Assembly (NCBI GenBank): GCA_044221725.1
Contig: JBGAON010000005.1
Location: 160,001-224,000, forward strand
Length of the DNA stretch: 64,000 nt
Source of the DNA: Elusimicrobiota bacterium
GTDB taxonomy: Bacteria; Elusimicrobiota; Elusimicrobia; F11
Direction of reading: 5' to 3'
Position 1 is the stretch's first letter; every line of letters starts with the position of its first letter. Positions 25,501-29,211 of the stretch are shown piece by piece. A program made the position numbers and the translations under genes. Below the pieces are notes generated by a model. It was given only the letters and a program-made list of their open reading frames with translations. It was not told the origin of the DNA and did no database searches.

Positions 25501-28095
25501 GATGAACAGCGCAGCGCGATGCTTGCGCCGAAACATCGCTTCCGAATGGCGATCAATGGCTTGGGCGCCGGCGCCAGTCAAGACCATATCCACGCGCATT
25601 GGGTGCGTGAGCGTTTTGAAATTGAATCCGTGAAAATTAACGATGTCGTTGATTATCCGGCGCAGGCGCGGGTGACAATCGGCACTGTCGATATTTTGCC
25701 GGCGGCTATCGGTGCAACCGCCGAACCGGTTCTCGGTTTGGCACTCGAGGCGAACATCAACGATGTCCCGACTCTCGCGCAGGCCCTTAGTGATGCGCTA
25801 ACAAAAATCAGCAAGCACGGCGAAGGATACGATGTCTTTTTCTATCAGACCGTCGCCAACAACGCGACCGTCCTACGTGTAATTGTGACCGGTCGTCGCT
25901 TTGAGCGGACAAAAACGTTTGACGCCCCTTGGGGTGCCAATCAGGTGACGATGCGCGAAGTAACAATCGAAACCGAAACTGGGAAGGGACTTTTTGAAAA
26001 ATCCACAAACGACGAACTGCTGCAGGCCTATCGCGAAGCGCTCGCGGAGACTTCTTACACAGCCGATCAAACGCGAACGCTGCTCAAGGAAATCCTTCGG
26101 CCAAACTTTGAATTTGGAAATGTCGTCCGGTTTTCCAACGACCCGGTTGCCGGACGGACATTCCGAATCGGAGGACCGATTGATCAAACGAATCTGTGGT
26201 ATTCGGCAGCGGATAGCACGCGAGGCGAAGCGAATTCCGTCATTGTGACGGAGAAGGATTACGGTCCGACCATCGAAGTCGACAACGAATTCATGGGCGT
26301 CAGGACTTACAAAAAAGTATTGGAAGACCCGGCGACCGGAATTGCGTTATATGAATTCGGCGGCTACGCGGCGGCTGACCAGCAGCACAACATCGGACAA
26401 CATGGTTTCCCGTTCGGACTTTACCGAAACGTGGATGTGAAACGTCTGATCACTATTCTTAGCGACGTTCAGCGCGGTGTCGATCCAGCAACAATCCCAA
26501 TAACATCACTGAAAACAAGTGAGCGAACTCCTTCTTCTTCGTTTACGCCGGTCTATTCTTATGCAATCTCAGGTTATTTTGGCGGACGCACACATCACGC
26601 GGAAAAACCGGTCTACTCAAATTATGTGTTCTATGTTCCGGCCAACCAACAGAAGCCATTCAGCCGCGCCTTTGAACCGCAGGATCGCGAAGTGGGTGCG
26701 GATCACAAAACCGCGTCGTGGAGTACTGTCGCACGTCAGAAGGGAATGTTCCTGGAGTACACGATCAAAGGAACGGAAACCCCCGTCAGTTACGACGATG
26801 CGGTGCTTGTTCGCGACTTAACCGAAGCAAATGTGCTCTCCAGAGAAAATCCCACGTCGCGCGCCGAAGCGCTTCGTTTGCTCGGACGAACAGAAGACCA
26901 ACAGCGACAGTTTGAAAAACAGATTTTGGAGGAACTGACGACCGGTTCGCCGGCCCAATCCCGCTCACCGATTTTCCAATTCGCAATCACATTCTTCTTT
27001 GCGGGGTTGGCATCTGTTGCCGGGACGCTTTCGTGGTTGCTCACAAACCAAATTGCACGAGAGGCCTGGATTTTTATTGCCGCGTCTTTGACCGTGACCG
27101 GATTGGTCTTTGGTTGGGGCGTGTACGAAGCGATATCTGTTACCATCGCGAAGCGGACGTACGAACGGCATCCGTTGTCGACGGACGAAGCGAATTTACG
27201 GCTCGGCCGCGCCCTTGAGCGAATTCCGGCGGATCTGTTGAGCGGCAAGACCACGATCAGGCTCGCCGAGAACAATGAGCTCGCTCTTTTTGAATCCGGT
27301 CGCACCGAAGAAAGCACGGTCATAATCCACCCCGCTTTCGTTGATAACTTGAATATTTTGTTGCACGAACTGAGCCACCGTGATGGTGCTGGGGAGCTCC
27401 GGGCGCGCTTCCGCGAATGGAAACTGGCGTGGAGAATCGCTACGAACGAACGCGTGCAAAAACAACTTGATCAAGATGCGCGCACATTCGCTTATATACG
27501 GGTTGCGCACGAAGCAAGCGTTGGCACAGGAGCGAGCAAACAAGGGCTTGTGAGTCTTTTATCCGGCATAAATGTCGCAGGGCCCATTGGGCTCGAAGAG
27601 TTCGTAACGAACCCGCGGCAAATTGCGCATCGTGTGTACGCGGCGCGCAAAAAACTTTCGGAACAATCCGCTAACGCGTTTATGTCCACGCCGGCGAACG
27701 TCGAAGGCGTTTTGAAATTGGTTTATATCCCGAGAGCGAAATCGGCTCCAGCGATTGCGCAAGAAATTTCGGCACTCTTGCAGTTGCCGGCGGCAAAGAA
27801 TCGGAGAATAGATATCGTCGTAAAGACGCACGAAGAACTGGAGCGTATGAATGTTAGCGATCTTTTGTCTGTTGACGGGCAGCGCGCCGCCGCGCTTCGC
27901 CTCGTGTTTGCTGAAGGCGCGCAGCGGCCGAAGAATTTTGAGAATCTCATTCGGACCATTGGCGCGAGTTACCGTTCCGTTAATTTCGATTGGGGCATGT
28001 TAAACGCTGATGGCACGTTCGTGCGGAAAATGAGTATCTCCGAGTCTTTTGAGTTGCGCCGGTTTGAGGATGCTATCGTAGGTTCGCAAGCGTAG
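1507..28095 (+). CDS. Giant multidomain membrane protein (8862 aa): shared N-domain, beta-rich regions, six-hairpin glycosidase-like region, GT48/FKS1-like glucan synthase, HIT-type nucleotidyltransferase, two HExxH motifs
   Basis: Uninterrupted 26.6-kb ORF with RBS and signal-like N-terminus. Motifs include WFNMRSQTIY, RGEVVIACDFD, YIFTE, AED, YYKLGKG, CFLC...GAGASQDHIHAH, HELQH and HELSH, with several TM bundles. Confidence 0.9.
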   Translation: MIQFRRVSTMIFAPKTIAILLVSVLTYETVGTPLAEASQYSSLWSERRKTSSATQNENGQNLLASLPSQSLLKQMPSVKAALPSSVVTTPISNEARKIPPVLRALVAAVPQNQGIVREIYAPLSSSNEPIVLAQDVHMNSEAQMNLAGVIQNIVRENKIDVIGVEGAFAPFDFALARKSGSTESRTQLAKAFMDKKLMGAASYIGLVNDSLPPIVGVDDEKHYDANVLAYLTIRPMKKKTQKDLQKLKRNLDERKAQEFSKEMLAFDALRSGYHEGTIPFGVYVKKLSALSYQLVDSSSSPDSGKRIAESSLAVEQFIAAYEMEKSLDFARVEAERRRVIEKLASVLKGEDVTTLINHSVAYKNGQIGFGTYYRFLKNLCESNGVRLSDTTAFDNYVRYVLLSDGIKADQLFAEITNIEDRVTKALARTPVEKQLADEAEHLALANKLIEFELTPEEWAKYSSSGHDFGRDLGALEDLTAFENFYREADIRSHRMLSNLLGRNRQRASVLLTGGFHTSQMTSLLKEKKIPYIVVSPKLTKVSEDESGSAYLSEFSREKTPLEKMFSGSKLFVLPKTQMAGSAGGLTTFKAFVVFLIGIAGLSTGKTRADVDLTINNVPVHAVVQRGDIRGAVETVELSEKGTPQTYSLLYPSLSARGMDFFFNRVASPKRLVMALGGILSAVLLSPAPAQAALAPRLYGVAAETLWGAAGGALIFSLIIGNFLWTRFNTREPRVSPQPDNRFRPGLDQLEQKETPANLNVWVDPNGVVRPDVLTGGFSDQESKSGLPSVEVRLADGFHFSNGDLVRVSLSGPAGSQSSGWVPAADRMVFPYHGETGMGLRAVHADGTDAVATAVPGSFATAIPVSEAAPGNLGSFDLFTVRTPPEEPVQDRISVNNQSVNGDRVQLQYSLPSDMLVRFSHVNAGANGQTELGSGTDFLPATQFKDGYAILIANGPLRAGNSADIGFAAYRLDASGNYVEVKFQPGEPDLPITATLANAAMIPDNRLTPTNTYTLQPDGMGGFFMNVPAGTKSVAFTVNSLANADQFVFTQSHKNGNGDIVVDALTPFASDDQHRYVLNLLPGVTSVGIAAFADNQIVSIPDSEFAIGTVFENIAADAMANNGRLLTLTQDQKAAFVVVDPANTGHVQIFAPDQPNANEFFIVRNRTDEFGNTVAIDAQIVPDNQTFYSVNVDDPRTTSVSIRPLSVSDKGFSAVPFANGLLKADLTRQSVANALPMTVRLLQPGDKQGTSFVMTVNAEVRNVKLRVNDLNGDRLFVTYSQEIAFEDGTKANVPMVAAIEPDNEGSYSFNKPEGASGFGFQELIRNADGSFDFTTIPLDSIVIAQTARRADPNARAMELRILTPAFFANAEGVNELRSNILGIAIPEGAQSFDVNEIGLRIPLSDHVKFNFTNAEGKIISQFVLPPFGSSAYNALVSSGKLRVTVNNGYFTSIVLNLQTAGATAFAIEVTRPNGAPEPVVGTVTVRFSPTVGQRSIAPIAVSPSTNPQPVVNIFPQFPSNPSVGLIGFGGSSLDNTTSSVFSYSNMSGRWQYDIGIGWYWVDYTKSGAPSITPAKNRPQLEDVPLSYSIVISYRLEIGNETPNVQALLRNDGTLIVERDINIDQAPLESVTLNGLVDDNGNQIESVNVRFVARGRERELKNLKVTNGKIRIRTPIDLPTTTRFEIRSAEGKRVGKPSRIEVNQNDEGLLPDQAPIVVDKMPTPLKTQLPWKGVQFVSARHTSLGDAPDAAEQNAVAAIEGPFVGQASQTNGTSRASETTSSPSFVVRVLWNYFGWLIGPVLFVAFFIRETVEKKLKAIPRADSAREPIVIDGLVPPPNNLIPAVADMPAAVPNSTVAVSEGRSPPVRHLIFAAVFYAALFFVVLPFVSTTLAHWGDLLSALPSTSPWIFPARALQSIVGLSSWMLFFTGNVVMVLMLLNLQTRFHVGRKALLVQSLVLSAAAAAGLVSVSTGLFILATIGFVAISRTRLGAAVGQWIAHPFKEADPKEKKQLSLLGRFQQSITHLPLGLMKTMYSFGFEPIDRLVLLMMGRPVAGERSRSERLFNRMPLVAQLMALPFFAANALLGKRLKLKLYSFATQIVLITVFSGLAVLIAPMFGLDPTLTLSWMMNFNMLDPTATGWAHNVIQDGGVVGALLQIFTVFAILNSYVLQVILTFFSSRRTQPNLGIGRRFSLSLRSGFSAFKFLEGLHWVSFEIEILKYMSGFVSPLHDLVLTIEGHSGVLGAGDEAVQRAVAPFGVSPDNLTRFIPWTTGLSHSELMQLAPIQRTIRDQAKELSAVVKARDLSEVANRQVWLKALRSERDTVLKSIKALEDQAAVSPAERAMVAERMSAENKWIQEIDALAAAVTIDTITLEQKQIVVAKLGERLQSSEAQLAKIKDVATKATAKHRSHVELAAPADTNKEVTVPADTKNGAGGGGDKNKTLNNDDTASLPKNSANVLASIQKNVDESVKRGERAVAAAQRETAAKDRAVAQKELDALAPALTALAGRYEKVTKELQALRDRLKAATSEKVVGVDLRAANERFDAESKRTKDLVARYDNDQRPDVRHFLNIVERNGIVLRPDNTYVALTRADVPKLKFDAAGKLTLAGSNGTVWLGQQTIERLRLHAVASALGADVEATLLQLGRNPVVDAQFEFGRAVSVASGREYSVPQNRIGGLAVSSDGSLVAESVEGTLRVQLSEKGLDVFEPMWLGKKIEVLEKQAESLKQKRVQDISAALEQKNEELASVETDRNVLRDQVAALMARINGETVPPNVVNNDVVLVNHRDNVQSFADLKEKVLAESEKLKQKNRNDKGFTLEDPTDPQSLSRVVQYTNTQEIRNELKAGNIGRARDLLKKSLKGPSSHGGLATTIDVRSFDLRANEQSEDFGPMLLMVQAGLEVLVTDAQKGNFDKELFFQLKDLLDYALFYQLPTGEIPHGVTWRLLTPELQIDAKAFRMMHLLTGEEKYLKAADASEQALMKMYDPQSKKFLARREDGRLDEPADVPGWAMSQLGPEKLKERGVDVEALVQRLREMPKDRFIVEWQVNRAFGLKRGIEYLRSIGNNAAADAAQKDLEKMTNFLLSLGMAYAYERDLNNPDKWVPALGKSMDWGVTTQSGTESNTTRVALEALARGTDPMRTLPDEAYVKARASVPKDNPARKPYFGRGTGPTWRTKEASRDLWFADARANAAKQLLKPDNNVLAFILPEKIGDPVEKIEYAGAASQDKLPPIAFKTIWLSAAPSWAKFDADGWALAPENLYQAGYRAIQRDENGRLYLWRLGVDVGEEAQLERNEGIIEMREWVRGKTRPGRQIFVDPESGRTNFNWFAKRDTGYLYLLMQITGGIIVNESQARGNNITTSIGAFILREQLIADLETRRTVEAVAKKVTDPILRATLLDTLARGARTEDDPALRALSLRMAQVSHDEEFVRLRRLLRADPKLRAGSAELERYNDVRAQVMDRLTEVYATYRNARRAIFALNDVEARLGDRRNAADLKVISDAKNQLWISANGKREIFVFGKENVMAAERLLPMLAEPAKAELQRKIDFAKQHGLDLETPVLKIGPRTFGLPRQTAFDRIYFDRIDANAISIWLNAMAELDPAKQEQLRQEYEWARRTMTARWDKAGFVMIPGAIATEERAALAQMADDGVVRATEKQPRIVGSEPIYPMSLEGKVEAVEEILPQDRRIEGNTWVRITRAKLPPVLGVRSPRGEIIAVIRSNEFGKLKVNGRPLEELRFPLNEITSVSGDGLYLTMNEFDPVRGRFAGYSTYHFGANESNFAAKGFMTTVGRALVARNPLTRVELTANPNIASEITARVRSNNGDSWVDTYSYPTFQDPESRIKERVYPTGRVEKYSDYRFNAVTGQWVAGRTEIYQAGALKSVKLVTGIDERGRVSIEEQTVLMRPKAGNAKEYEPRFVPTRRDLMDGPHLVMRDDLSKNERTIYNLEREKEYERAGFRVEVPAEAFELRNGAVGNKVADFTVSVEESNAVLASVTITRTTVNGKEQEVDVYVRSPANYSDGNGQPMATRLKHKYVIARADRSASGLGPILSRTHEEVFYEDEAARIPDFLLKAVSEMKRKNTGRASEVGRVVRLLQADGRNIIDADGVAPVVRHSVNLGFDYSMFNDKNVHARLSGSVASVRVDHAKDTSGRWYTRKPMIEFYQGEMNVARLDREKGVASFKRSEGEINDPQKFPDRERAGWDDFEFKAADKNSAGDIGDLKYYSIDAQIFDLLANPNSIPAAKRAFQSYQLNRLTQNFQWNETVIMDEWGHALAYIRPDPLYFDINRRVIAINGYDGKQENVETGNVRETIVRAYDQISKSIGLEDLGKATAQLPNGIINFNNPNVAGLNEKGVSLFEIVDYRSAKRFFAFFDTLHENSSIARIEGDGARNLRRIILPRYKIDVPANERDKFNILGDLEATGERTFEMDNGTVGNQTYRSRVVLDRNLIPRLIAQMENEGLNLVAKAIQGPQVLAYEVESLQKPNPQDPNAEQKVMSKFTAIFNKFQQHVKIDQRPNEQRLMRTNINFAFFDPERPWVDLGGISYDYRGDKIGEAVGLSVTLKPGDSRYDIPGTKRVMVRTLGLKSGFIEHRSNDDGVVEAQDTGEFVFPREGTNNYDELYARVFEERSRITLESLKTGKWEEAQRAAENDYRYYARLAFDFKPYRNFTASHLRQLGAAYQTKAFLYSNNVLSPFASSTSTMINIMTDDALGFLVESFRMGTGIYRGEELITTRKETIVNGDKVMVSHGRWKTGAVKPEGVSLEKWVADNFVERLRFFSFIDPTYPGSLAHHGIANITAVFRASEKGLVMSSRANSTRLLPNGDVFFGTLRGVSDVALPADLTPFQLLEYARKNVPTLPITPIAIEGERKDALGRLKAKFSGYQEANEKGYPSDLTAPQRVVFLEYPVDIKDFGSVFAWHELLSDRGIEYEFSRGKFNREAYGDSRRLDTFSNLRIVNTRVDGVVHRVLNYTVDSRRSGGAILEKEVNLDGLPEDDIYAGEFGIDSRNLIYYGLDQLPARSIGKTGERESLRHLFQYATLEKNGHKYLITRTLDLTRNPALERIYPDDMEVRRDGIVIYKRVNGQISPYEDNLVLDPRNEFNRSLVAKLFGQWLRPSWAKEAERLIAEADANGLFEFTEGSRQYIRESGKNFGQLKGAAQLAYYEKGIHLNAIFALAISSMLAFGVFMWKYFLPWRAFRRAPFRANGMSKAEVGQFLSPTDTAAYISFRNRVGFINETDKEALRRVMKHSRDKATFEKFWNRLSFHEGGNVTPTYKAALRVTTAALEATNFRTEGTELGQASDVLGPIMAPIHSFVDNRFLSARQIATIINDVADRATNGGVNRVQLRERILQQLIKNAYFNDFGMKESVKEVFRVEIRKLFEASGFRLGEFDTEYYVEHAIAELGAVPMDYVAAAYVADDSPNKELVTAKNTSKFIKNIFIAENRRLWRPEDENESTRNHGQSVLGWGATTLEEYVLLNTIVPRFIPVMNTNTPAAHYYANQILQKIRSGASHENIQQFMKRHERFWYQVHKDQMTVRLETNRDMRIPGLSYENDTEKTWTFLATWDEFNEFFRYLQWGSDMTLDGRLPENLRNDAAFIRRFRENQTRAGELLRKVSDGEFDFGRPQANLRSDVIQRAVNDGMRPLVRDTQNALNIPRYDSEGNENDTIAYVYKLITDPRVWRAPTMARLVKTVFTAGLAAFMIQVGVELPYVGGVVALAFALSQVHYTRFVTSSNVGVIRQVLSWGALAVVAFLLLLGPGLAFVGYDFATTFPIMGIDTSVKDVMLTVGTAAIVPFLMGIYMNKTVYPGRQGKDTLRNMRAAFFWSMVTVISLAFAFFVCAFLVVTIVFMPVPFEVSGLGVLAPWTRVGFLMLGMGPLRDMFFLTYFGVANLLKGIVRIYVLREYEFAKARTYDTNAHGWQKIYRVLPPARAVFLASAVALAVTTVVLAVGGTLAPLYVALGLVVAAVVFMSSIGMQDHSKGAVQLVPQMVANDPEILTVIREVFLPDWLGEAYLTRQEHDRILNAINALQPEVERLQNSRIFDDSNEGNGLLRLINKDVHASAAMKNLVDALSEKNISLPEMRGFIQDVVNKAFRKDIPAAPKNFDELRSVTYQISGYNEPPYVLWEEFNKKTNEQTQFGMLAASYPEQFALLVNRLQSEGLLSLQQRLDLEFAKTKPSHIVNTLKRGVDDQAIKQIEHWFNMRSQTIYANFQGAVKARAVYSYYIRKFYREKTGSDPAPDVLKKLVEQKVQVVINHTMAADEFIRFLREAFKGKSFNNHSLNNLSLNEYMDLMKQGLDFPAETNNNKLKSGFPFPAWNHSTAKSYMDFLVKENVDLQYGARAQKSDAHQEKYEGWMHTDMNVRGEVVIACDFDMRHDIQETWMVPNVGREYDIDPTFGVGVYSGYIFTEPISPQALVMAKMEMGWLQGEQPTKREIGTLEAYGKFTYRRQMISNLEALPAHLVAEDAKTAERVLTFGGSTGHLSYYKLGKGLSNQWGGSLNPLRKWSGDAPESIYSPLFVKFMFSPYQHWTVKLDALMSYAFYLKKPSVFRTTINVLVLFYLLNFNPWTGLPLTMFLSSLIISQAIGYGAMMLYVEKHGWIKGVAMFARDMVWPIFPFATTIIPQYSDSVTKGFMKKAKFLRTGGKGGALGRYDFEDLFIFMQYGVFPGVIMTFLVGFASFDVLKFSIWFPQILMVSYGFWTAAFLFNSTFDRQTVWTRLARFVYVGALIAAVVVPLVLDFPIIAMLAPTLVLIYWVDAKVFKQRTRWQNIGDIFWRAPKAVLKDALNNSTRLLEIVTQPIATVVALQRAIPLPFRITTLGLTAALIVIVNQATFYVFAGVLIALIVGGAVSPRFERWLHRPSYSWSRLAGTDEEIYRKSLIAIKMAQLLKVSPPDLGVLNSFVGPYFAQGDDGNRRNDTPGFYNSLASMMTGPARQNPSRVLLDKISRHTSNVENHVAAVVPRYDLYRSAFDDLNDYRGRNPSDKNGIDQRQKRLNEVINAYTNYQTAQKELADLRKSNTPDQAKANELQEKITRNEGMLGNSGDYKRFVSLAESILNFGPTVIPTNEPVWNDRLEDLIEGGNVTVESAWARISASERRSLLDMHDNDLGRAQTYLWDRLRNYIDARIRIEIEYVLLADHASLLSDVRAEFIRVRALGAENPDFNRERQALLDRIVESDAMRPSTEILLSLSNPADIQQRIYQALNDLVPVPAARQEQQTVELTPLPPPPAPPTAEQVAAQNAAQAAQAAKAARNRTAARVFGVLIENRERLLGRYGSRLRQLSRVNPLSVDSNEVKSVLNAIVKDSRFAPAWPIYLELSGNNEQEAQKLLLNDVVTLIDLQTTAEAEYASDPLALKDLALSVQEEALIIKRNGGLSQGDKRAFEQRVFRFLGASATEILKDKKTTVDAATRVSDYEIVQKAYDEAVKLAEADITKEINPLKGDAFRHHLENSRLNAALQDTTISEWKRWNLRSKRDREIAAFARDFVKLVNAQKRVSPAATVALKARWESEGLNGRAPPSSDIVKEAYWKIPSSLRKTYSEVTGFNPSSSEPRVSAVGVNADAIGDDVARQLLRDAYDSNYVIEGSKNSAGDAELDLNEQNKAIAQRLIGSDGMSALKAAVELALSIVDNGDDDGYRTRDQIKEITKDGRVVFVFIESNHPTWKNNFFLCFNSSDENILALGGRGLNKDQRKAYVPAALVVGLMGMRTAHENGSKTKLSRQEIDLVLRLIVRHELQHAAEKEKGNATWLNHDAEVTEILNLLAKGGFFPGASAQPGNTPDVAKIAVVGGLVDEANKDGRIVSLLAPVTADSPVRYRYAKAEQNLNGAPDINLAIERVFEMQREAVNTDFDNAGKGKYFKILATSGSILTRRIKVGANQFVRFVVNIARQSKPGGLGLSPVCFLCWNTVRTSFPHEFGMVLGNLRIYFNPTAVWPPTVFGPASEQPQALVVTLNDQEHPSVSQGNISKVNTLQELLTQWVRANQSPSLQDADEQRSAMLAPKHRFRMAINGLGAGASQDHIHAHWVRERFEIESVKINDVVDYPAQARVTIGTVDILPAAIGATAEPVLGLALEANINDVPTLAQALSDALTKISKHGEGYDVFFYQTVANNATVLRVIVTGRRFERTKTFDAPWGANQVTMREVTIETETGKGLFEKSTNDELLQAYREALAETSYTADQTRTLLKEILRPNFEFGNVVRFSNDPVAGRTFRIGGPIDQTNLWYSAADSTRGEANSVIVTEKDYGPTIEVDNEFMGVRTYKKVLEDPATGIALYEFGGYAAADQQHNIGQHGFPFGLYRNVDVKRLITILSDVQRGVDPATIPITSLKTSERTPSSSFTPVYSYAISGYFGGRTHHAEKPVYSNYVFYVPANQQKPFSRAFEPQDREVGADHKTASWSTVARQKGMFLEYTIKGTETPVSYDDAVLVRDLTEANVLSRENPTSRAEALRLLGRTEDQQRQFEKQILEELTTGSPAQSRSPIFQFAITFFFAGLASVAGTLSWLLTNQIAREAWIFIAASLTVTGLVFGWGVYEAISVTIAKRTYERHPLSTDEANLRLGRALERIPADLLSGKTTIRLAENNELALFESGRTEESTVIIHPAFVDNLNILLHELSHRDGAGELRARFREWKLAWRIATNERVQKQLDQDARTFAYIRVAHEASVGTGASKQGLVSLLSGINVAGPIGLEEFVTNPRQIAHRVYAARKKLSEQSANAFMSTPANVEGVLKLVYIPRAKSAPAIAQEISALLQLPAAKNRRIDIVVKTHEELERMNVSDLLSVDGQRAAALRLVFAEGAQRPKNFENLIRTIGASYRSVNFDWGMLNADGTFVRKMSISESFELRRFEDAIVGSQA

Positions 28096-29143
28096 AAGTT
28101 CGCATAGTAAGTGCAACAGTAAGTAGTTGAGGAGTTGGTTATCCCTTTAAACTGAGGGATACCATGAAATACAAGCACTTAACCGACGGCGAACGAGAAA
28201 CGTTGTCGTATATGAGAGCTTGTGGCAAATCGATACGAGAGGCAGCGTTCTATTTGAATCGAGCGCCCAGTACGATTGCCAGAGAAATACGGCGCAATAA
28301 GAGTCGAGCACGTTATCGGTCCCATCTGGCCCATCGGGCTGCTATAGATCGACGCCATCAGACGCTCCGACGTCAACATCGGTTTAAAGCTGATCCTCAG
28401 CTGAGAGATCGTGTTATCGAATGGCTTAAGGCAGGATGGTCCCCTGAGATTATCGCAGGCCGACTGAAGCGTGAAGCCCATGGCAAGTCCGTAATACATC
28501 ATGAGACCATCTATCGTTGGATTTATCGATACGATCGATCTCTCATCAAGTGTCTCGTCCGATCACATCCTCGTCGGTATCGTCGTCATCAACGGCGCTG
28601 GCCGAATCGAATTATCCCTCGACGGATTTCAATTCTCCAGCGCCCCGATTTCATTAACCAGCGCAAACAACCAGGGCATTGGGAATCTGACTTGGTGTGG
28701 GGATCTGGACGCGCTGCTCTGCAAGTGCTTGTCGAACGAAAAACCCGTTTCGTCTTTATTCGCAGAACCCGCAATAAATCCGCTCAAGCCAATTACGATG
28801 CGCTCTCTGAAGCATTGGAACAAATCCCAACTTCTTTACGGCGCACCATCACGTATGATAATGGAAGCGAGAACACACTGCATTGTGAACTCAATGACCG
28901 TTTCCAACTGCAATCGTTCTTCTGTCAGCCGTATCACGCCTGGGAAAAGGGAACCGTAGAAAACACCAACGGTCTGATCCGTCGATACTTCCCCAAACGC
29001 ACCAACTTCGATACCATCTCAGTTCACCAAATCGAAGACGTTCAACGTCGCCTTAACAACAGACCTAGAAAATGTCTTCGCTTTCAAACAGCCGGGGAAG
29101 CCTATTCTTCCACCTTCCGTTGCACTTAAAACGCGAATTCAGC
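28093..29143 (+). mobile_element. IS30-family insertion sequence (~1051 bp)
   Basis: Imperfect terminal IRs: TTCGCATAGTAAGTGCAAC (28099-28117) and GTTGCACTTAAAACGCGAA (29119-29137). GCG flanks both sides (28090-92, 29144-46). One transposase gene. Ends uncertain by 1-2 bp. Confidence 0.85.
28164..29129 (+). CDS. IS30-family transposase
   Basis: N-terminal HTH (LNRAPSTIAREIRRN) and DDE motifs GHWESDLV, TITYDNGSE, PYHAWEKGTVENTNGLIRRYFPK, LNNRPRK. The stop codon lies inside the right IR. Confidence 0.95.
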   Translation: MKYKHLTDGERETLSYMRACGKSIREAAFYLNRAPSTIAREIRRNKSRARYRSHLAHRAAIDRRHQTLRRQHRFKADPQLRDRVIEWLKAGWSPEIIAGRLKREAHGKSVIHHETIYRWIYRYDRSLIKCLVRSHPRRYRRHQRRWPNRIIPRRISILQRPDFINQRKQPGHWESDLVWGSGRAALQVLVERKTRFVFIRRTRNKSAQANYDALSEALEQIPTSLRRTITYDNGSENTLHCELNDRFQLQSFFCQPYHAWEKGTVENTNGLIRRYFPKRTNFDTISVHQIEDVQRRLNNRPRKCLRFQTAGEAYSSTFRCT

Positions 29144-29151
29144 GCGTAAGA

Positions 29152-29205
29152 TTTACATTTTGTTTACGCGTTCTTAAGGAATTCTTAATCCGCGGCGATT
29201 AGTAT
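29152..29205 (+). promoter_or_regulatory. Conserved promoter box, copy 2
   Basis: TTTAC at 29152 and 29163, CTTAA at 29173 and 29184, TAGTAT at 29200. ATG follows 6 nt later with no RBS. Confidence 0.8.
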
Positions 29206-29211
29206 TTCTTT

